Positions 8,121-14,980 of a DNA stretch of 14,980 nucleotides are shown here, in pieces. The stretch comes from Chlamydiales bacterium (GTDB lineage: Bacteria > Chlamydiota > Chlamydiia > Chlamydiales > JBDQID01). Where the stretch lies: assembly GCA_047611865.1 (NCBI GenBank), contig JBLFWS010000074.1:1-14980 (forward strand), given 5' to 3'. Numbering within the stretch: the first letter of the stretch is position 1; every line of letters begins with the position of its first letter. Made by a program: the position numbers and the translations under genes. Under the pieces are notes generated by a model. The model did not search any database, was not told the DNA's origin, and was given only the letters and a program-made list of their open reading frames with translations.

Positions 8121-9500
8121 TTAAACCAAGCGCTTTGTTTTCCAGCTTCCTTTGCGGAATCTTAAGTAAAAACAAAGGGCATTGATTGCGGCATAGCCGT
8201 TGAGTATGACCCAAACATAACTGGGCGGGCAATCCCCCTGCACTACGAGGAAATAAACGGGAAGAACAGCAAAGGTCCAGGTGGTGACGGTGTTGATGAT
8301 CATCACATATGTGGTCTCGCCAGCAGCCGTAAGTACTCCGGCCGATATCCAGGTTAATCCATCGAGGACAAAGTAGAAAAAAATGCATGCAGCAGTAATT
8401 CTTAACATTGCCGTTAAGTGAATAAGCCGCTCGGGGTTCATATCATCAGATAGAAAAAAACTGATAATGGGATCAGGGTAGAGTAATAAAATCGGGGCCA
8501 CCAAAAGCGCATAAATAAAGAGGAGTCGAACTGCAGACTTCCAGGCTTTTAGGATTAGGGCAGGTTTTCTTGCTCCCAAAAAGTTTGCACTGATGGTGGT
8601 GATTCCTTTCTGTAAACCTTCCATGGCATAAGATATTAGGGCATAAAAACATTGGCCCATAGCTGCAACGGTGATGTGATCTTCACCGACGCCAATCAAC
8701 AGACGAGTAATCAATGCCCAAGCGGAAATTTCTATCATATGGCCCATCGCACTGGGAACTCCAACTTTAAGACAGTTCCAAAATACCTGGATTTTGAAGC
8801 CATACCTTCTTGTTCCATACTGAAGATTGTAGTGCTTATTCAGAAAACTGCTTAAGAGAACTAAGACCTGGATGAACATGGAGATTACAGTGGCAATAGC
8901 TGCTCCTTCACAACCCATAGCTGGAATGATTTCTCTAAAACCGAATACTAAAAGGATATCTAGAATGACGTTTAGGACATTTCCGATAATTGCTGCTTTT
9001 GTGACAATGCGTACTGAACCAATACCAATGAAAAATGCAGATATGGCTGTTTGCATAGGGAAAAGTGGGCCAAAATAAAGTAGCCATTGAAAATAGGGAA
9101 GAGCATGACTCTCATAATGGTAGTCAGCAAGAAAGAGCGGCCCTCCCCAATGGGCAATAGCAAAGAAAACGGGCCAGCAGAATAAAGAAAACCAGATCAT
9201 TTGCCAGGCAGGGCTAGCTGCCTTGTCCTTTTCTCCAGCTCCATTATGTTGTCCTACAAAAACTTCAGCAATTGAACTTATGCCGATGGCTCCATAATGG
9301 AAGACAAAGATGACCATGCCAGCAGCAGCAGCAGCGTTCATAGCTTCCAGGGAGAATTTTGCCAAAATAAGGCGGTCTAGAAAGAGCATGACGCTTCCTG
9401 ATAAAACGGAAAGCATCAGGGGGAATGAGATGGCAAACATCTCTTTGATGCTGCCTTCAGGATGTCTAGTTAATTTTTGAATTTTACTTTTAGTAGTCAT
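8121..9500 (-). CDS. MATE family efflux transporter
   Basis: 459 aa with about 12 hydrophobic segments. Motifs ISFPLMLS...FLDRLILA, VGQHNGAG, GNVLNVILDILLVFG...PAMGCEGAAIAT and ISANFLGA are typical of MATE. AGGA RBS lies 6 nt upstream of the ATG. Confidence 0.92.
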   Translation of the reverse strand: MTTKSKIQKLTRHPEGSIKEMFAISFPLMLSVLSGSVMLFLDRLILAKFSLEAMNAAAAAGMVIFVFHYGAIGISSIAEVFVGQHNGAGEKDKAASPAWQMIWFSLFCWPVFFAIAHWGGPLFLADYHYESHALPYFQWLLYFGPLFPMQTAISAFFIGIGSVRIVTKAAIIGNVLNVILDILLVFGFREIIPAMGCEGAAIATVISMFIQVLVLLSSFLNKHYNLQYGTRRYGFKIQVFWNCLKVGVPSAMGHMIEISAWALITRLLIGVGEDHITVAAMGQCFYALISYAMEGLQKGITTISANFLGARKPALILKAWKSAVRLLFIYALLVAPILLLYPDPIISFFLSDDMNPERLIHLTAMLRITAACIFFYFVLDGLTWISAGVLTAAGETTYVMIINTVTTWTFAVLPVYFLVVQGDCPPSYVWVILNGYAAINALCFYLRFRKGSWKTKRLV

Positions 9501-9677
9501 GGTGTGTCCTATTACACAAAAATATAAGTATAAAAAATATTAAAATCAGATTCTGCAGTACAGCAAATAAAACGAATATCTTCTTTCGTTAAATGGCAAA
9601 CTACAAAGGTAAGGCAACAAAGTAGACAGAGAGAAATGATATTTCAAAGTGTTGCTACAGTGTCTTCTTTCTTTGAC

Positions 9678-9713
9678 TTATGCAGAGAATGGAGTTTTGT
9701 GAATGACTATCAT
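9678..9713 (-). other. Candidate 11-aa leader peptide (uORF) MIVIHKTPFSA in the MATE 5' leader
   Basis: Minus strand AGGGAG-acgtc-ATG ATA GTC ATT CAC AAA ACT CCA TTC TCT GCA TAA, ~40 nt downstream of a good promoter match. Translation is not demonstrated. Confidence 0.35.
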
Positions 9714-9755
9714 GACGTCTCCCTAATATTCGGAGGAAATTAAAAACTATTTACA

Positions 9756-9784
9756 AGTATAGCAATTGCAGATGGATATGTAAA
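9756..9784 (-). promoter_or_regulatory. Putative sigma70/sigma66 promoter for the MATE gene
   Basis: Minus strand TTTACA (9784-9779), 17-nt spacer, TATACT (9761-9756). Both hexamers match consensus at 5/6, and the upstream sequence is AT-rich. Confidence 0.6.
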
Positions 9785-9824
9785 TAAAATTTGTGTTGAG
9801 ATTAGAATTTTGTCGGGTGAAGAC

Positions 9825-10295
9825 CTATCCCTGACCCAACTTACTAATAATATCAAACTCATTTTTCTTGATAGGCTGGATAGAAAGTCTTACCCCTTTT
9901 TTTATGAGTGTCATGTCTTCTAGTCCGGGGGTTTCTCTAATTTGTGATAGAGGAACATAGGTTGAAAATTTCTCGACAAATTCGAAGTCGACCATATACC
10001 AAGTTGGATCTTCTTTTTTGGTCTTTGGATCGAAGGTCTTGCACTTGGGGTCCCAGGCTGTAAAGTCGGGGTATCCCTCCTTGCAAACTTGGACGACACC
10101 TGCAGCTCCAGGAGGGTTTGTGCTGGAGTGATAAAAGATGGCTATGTCACCAATCTTTAGGGTGTCACGTAGAAAGTTTCGTGCCTGATAATTTCGTATC
10201 CCATCCCAATGTTCCTGATGATTTTTTTCCATGTCGTCGATGGAGTAGGCTGAGGGCTCGGACTTGATTAACCAGTAGTTGATGTTCTTCGCCAT
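9825..10295 (-). CDS. EVE domain-containing protein (PUA-like, THYN1-type)
   Basis: YWLIKSEP..YSIDD, WDGIRNYQARNFLR, GD..IFYHS, YPDFTAWDP, PTWYMVD and RLSIQPI are EVE signatures. RBS AAGGAG overlaps the nadA stop. Confidence 0.95.
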   Translation of the reverse strand: MAKNINYWLIKSEPSAYSIDDMEKNHQEHWDGIRNYQARNFLRDTLKIGDIAIFYHSSTNPPGAAGVVQVCKEGYPDFTAWDPKCKTFDPKTKKEDPTWYMVDFEFVEKFSTYVPLSQIRETPGLEDMTLIKKGVRLSIQPIKKNEFDIISKLGQG

Positions 10296-10307
10296 TTCCA
10301 GGACTCC

Positions 10308-11342
10308 TTAGCTGTATTTGAACATTTCTTCGAGGCAGTTCTTTGCCCCTTTACGAACATCTTCTTCGACTTCCACAATGTCATCCGGACGAGGATCTCT
10401 TAGGGCTCTTTCAAGCTGTCCGAGAGTATTAGACTTCATATATTTGCACAACATGCAAGTTCCGGCCATTTTAGCTTCTGGGACTTCAATTTGAAGACGA
10501 GAGACCAGGCCGCATTCAGTGAGTAGCAGGAAGCGATTGTTGTCCTTGGCATGTTCTTTGACATAGTTTGCCATTCCTGTGGTGGAGCCCACGACGTCAG
10601 CTTTTGCTAGAACTTCAGGGGTACATTCCGGGTGGGCTAGAACGACTGTGTTGGGGTGGAATTCTTTTGCTATGTCAATGAGCTCGGGAGTAAATTGTTC
10701 GTGTACATAACAGGTGCCATCATAGAGAAGAATTTCCTTTTTGATACCTTTCTGACGTAAGTGTTCACGAATATTGAGTCCCATTAGCTTATCAGGGACA
10801 AAGTAAATTTTGTCGTTGGGGTATTCTTCTACAATTTTGTAGACATTAGAAGAGGTGACACATACATCACAGGCGGCCTTTACGGCAGCAGTGGTGTTGA
10901 TGTAGCACATGAAAGTATGCTCAGGATGACTTTTACGAAGTGCTAGGACATCTTCTGCTGTAATACTGTCAGCTAGTGAGCAGCCACCGTTAGGGTTGGG
11001 ATCGATGACAAGTTTGTCTGGATTCAAAATTTTTGCAGTTTCAGCCATAAAGCGTACGGAGGGGAAAACGATCGTAGATTCAGTAGCCTCCATTGCTTTT
11101 AGGGCAAGGCCATAAGAGTCACCGACATGGTCCGCGACAGTATAAATAATGTCGGGGTGGACGTAGGAATGTGCGAGAATCAGTGCATTTCTTTGCTTTT
11201 TTAATTCGAGGATTCGGTTGACGGTAGGGACCAGGCGTTCACAACGTTCTAAGCTGTAAAGGCAAGCTGGATTATCAACTTGAACATCTTTAAGTTTTAG
11301 GTAGAGGTCATCCGCTGACCATTTGTCAGTTTGCATTGTCAT
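10308..11342 (-). CDS. nadA: Quinolinate synthase NadA
   Basis: ILAHSY, GDSYGL, VRFMAETAKILNPDK, GGCSLA, YINT...KA, CVTSSN, GTCYVH, AHPEC, GSTTGM and CKYMK. The three [4Fe-4S] cysteines are present. Confidence 0.96.
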   Translation of the reverse strand: MTMQTDKWSADDLYLKLKDVQVDNPACLYSLERCERLVPTVNRILELKKQRNALILAHSYVHPDIIYTVADHVGDSYGLALKAMEATESTIVFPSVRFMAETAKILNPDKLVIDPNPNGGCSLADSITAEDVLALRKSHPEHTFMCYINTTAAVKAACDVCVTSSNVYKIVEEYPNDKIYFVPDKLMGLNIREHLRQKGIKKEILLYDGTCYVHEQFTPELIDIAKEFHPNTVVLAHPECTPEVLAKADVVGSTTGMANYVKEHAKDNNRFLLLTECGLVSRLQIEVPEAKMAGTCMLCKYMKSNTLGQLERALRDPRPDDIVEVEEDVRKGAKNCLEEMFKYS

Positions 11343-11364
11343 GAGAGTGATTCCATAAAGATCA

Positions 11365-11856
11365 TTAAAAGTTGTCAGGAAAATTAGGCATTTCGGGCAT
11401 CAGGGTATTCGATTTTCCGTCGAGGTAGCTTTGTAGGATAAGTACCGCGGCAATAGAGTCAATGGCTTTGGCGCGTTTTTTTCTGGAAAGTTTTGCATCA
11501 CGCATGGAGCGATCAGCTTGCATGGATGTCAGGCGTTCATCCCAAGTAACGAGTGGGCACGTAATCGCCTCTCGGAGGAGGTCTGAGAATTGAACGGCTT
11601 CATCAGTCATTGAGCTCATAGAACCGTTCATTTTTAATGGTAAGCCCACTACGACTTCGTCGATGCCTTTACCACTTTCTTCAAGACGTGCGATTTCCGT
11701 CGCAACTTTTGCGACGGAATCTTCAATCTTTTTTTCCGCTTTAATGGTAGTTAAAGGGGAGGCGATGATCTTTCGTTCATCGCTCATAGCCATCCCTATA
11801 CGTGCCCTTCCATAGTCAATGCCGATTGATCGGCTCTTTCTTCCTTGATTTAACAT
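11365..11856 (-). CDS. ruvX: YqgF/RuvX family nuclease (pre-16S rRNA nuclease / putative Holliday junction resolvase)
   Basis: IGIDYGRARIGMAMSD, VVVGLPLKMNG, WDERLTS and IDSIAAVLILQSYLD. Confidence 0.95.
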   Translation of the reverse strand: MLNQGRKSRSIGIDYGRARIGMAMSDERKIIASPLTTIKAEKKIEDSVAKVATEIARLEESGKGIDEVVVGLPLKMNGSMSSMTDEAVQFSDLLREAITCPLVTWDERLTSMQADRSMRDAKLSRKKRAKAIDSIAAVLILQSYLDGKSNTLMPEMPNFPDNF

Positions 11857-11860
11857 ACAA

Positions 11861-14238
<2,378 letters not shown>

Positions 14239-14279
14239 AAGCTGAATATCTACCAATTCTTCTTACTATTTAACGCAAT

Positions 14280-14309
14280 ATAGTACCCTTAATTACACAT
14301 AAGTTTCAA
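14280..14309 (-). promoter_or_regulatory. Possible sigma70/sigma66 promoter for kdsB-pyrG-ruvX-nadA-EVE
   Basis: Minus strand TTGAAA (14309-14304), 18-nt spacer, TACTAT (14285-14280). The region is AT-rich, so a chance match is possible. Confidence 0.4.
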
Positions 14310-14603
14310 GAGAAGTTTTTCAAAGTAGTACTAGTAAAATACTTAATTTAAAAAGTAGCTGAAAAGGAGGGGTGAAGCTGCTAAAGTTATTTTTACATTT
14401 GGGACTGGTCTTTTTACGTAATTCACCACTGAGCCATTTAGAACACAGAGGAGTGATGAGATAGGGAGACAGGGCAATCGAATTACAATAATTTCTTGAC
14501 CTTCTCATGACAGTAACCTGCGGGATTCAGAAAAAATATCCCAAATTTAATAGTGTTTCGGTGGTGACGCAGCTGCCGCAGTTCTATTTTTTAATTTACT
14601 TGC

Positions 14604-14635
14604 TATACCGGGCCTTGCTCGCAAGGCCCGGTATA
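14604..14635. repeat. Perfect 15-bp inverted repeat (palindrome) with a 2-nt spacer
   Basis: TATACCGGGCCTTGC-TC-GCAAGGCCCGGTATA; the two arms are exact reverse complements. Confidence 0.9.
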
Positions 14636-14643
14636 ATGGTAAG

Positions 14644-14677
14644 AAAAAAATGTGAGCACCGCAGGTACGGCACTCAC
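14644..14677 (-). terminator. Intrinsic (Rho-independent) terminator on the minus strand
   Basis: Minus-strand RNA GUGAGUGCCG-UACCUG-CGGUGCUCAC-A-UUUUUUU: a 10-bp GC-rich stem with two G-U pairs (mismatches on the other strand) followed by seven U. Confidence 0.7.
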
Positions 14678-14980
14678 TCAGAATTTATAATGGCAGACAG
14701 CTATTCCAGGTTATACTATCGCTTAAAAAAAATAGCTTCTAAGAAATATCGAAAAAATCTTTTAAAATATTATTTATAATACGATTGCCTTCATAGGGAG
14801 AAACTAAGCTGTTATTTTTTCACGTATTGTCATTTCTTGAAGGGTCACCTTGTTTAAGGTGATTGATTGGGTATAGGCTTTAACTTGCTGATCAATTTTA
14901 ATATGAAGCTATTGAAAATGGCTTAAAATGCCTGATCGTATGACTCCCCCTCAGGTATCTGACATGTTCTCTGTGTTCTC

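Noticed and set aside
8121..9500. MATE transporter as part of the purine-catabolism system
   Set aside because: It is convergently transcribed with its own promoter and a separating hairpin. Only adjacency supports a link.
9825..10295. EVE gene as part of a modification-dependent restriction or toxin-antitoxin system
   Set aside because: It is a stand-alone THYN1-like EVE in a housekeeping operon. There is no defence nuclease, ATPase or toxin partner nearby, and YqgF is a core gene.
14320..14779. ORFs 14320..14508 (-) and 14507..14779 (+)
   Set aside because: They have no motifs, carry AT-driven K/Y/L/F-rich composition and lack a convincing RBS, and the plus ORF runs through two hairpins. 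They are most likely non-coding.
14440..14979. 11-nt inverted match AGAACACAGAG (14440-14450) / CTCTGTGTTCT (14969-14979) as possible MITE ends
   Set aside because: The match is short, one copy abuts the window edge so a target duplication cannot be assessed, and it is compatible with chance.
14928..14980. Plus-strand ATG opening MPDRMTPPQVSDMFSVF to the window edge
   Set aside because: Only 17 codons are visible and there is no clear RBS, so it cannot be supported or excluded from this window.
14257..14980. tRNA, SRP RNA, tmRNA or CRISPR array in the long intergenic region
   Set aside because: No cloverleaf or TTCGA T-arm, no SRP domain IV motif and no regularly spaced direct repeats were found by eye.

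Overview
Bacterial chromosomal window, probably from an environmental member of Chlamydiota. This is inferred from the minus-strand gene order kdsB-pyrG-ruvX(yqgF)...zwf-(opcA)-pgl, which matches the contiguous kdsB-pyrG-yqgF-zwf-devB block of Chlamydia as I recall it. Here ruvX and zwf are separated by ~8.3 kb carrying nadA, an EVE-domain gene, a MATE transporter and the only large plus-strand gene. That gene (3189..8042, 1617 aa) is an uninterrupted four-domain fusion: malate synthase A-like + OHCU decarboxylase (UraD) + beta-lactamase-family serine hydrolase + allantoicase. Three domains belong to purine/ureide catabolism and glyoxylate assimilation. The serine hydrolase lies between the domains that make allantoin and consume allantoate, so it is a candidate new type of allantoinase. 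Smaller observations: a long MATE leader with a promoter and uORF, and a perfect 15-bp palindrome plus an orphan terminator upstream of kdsB. No rRNA, tRNA, CRISPR array or transposase was recognised. All calls come from motif reading by eye; no searches were run.
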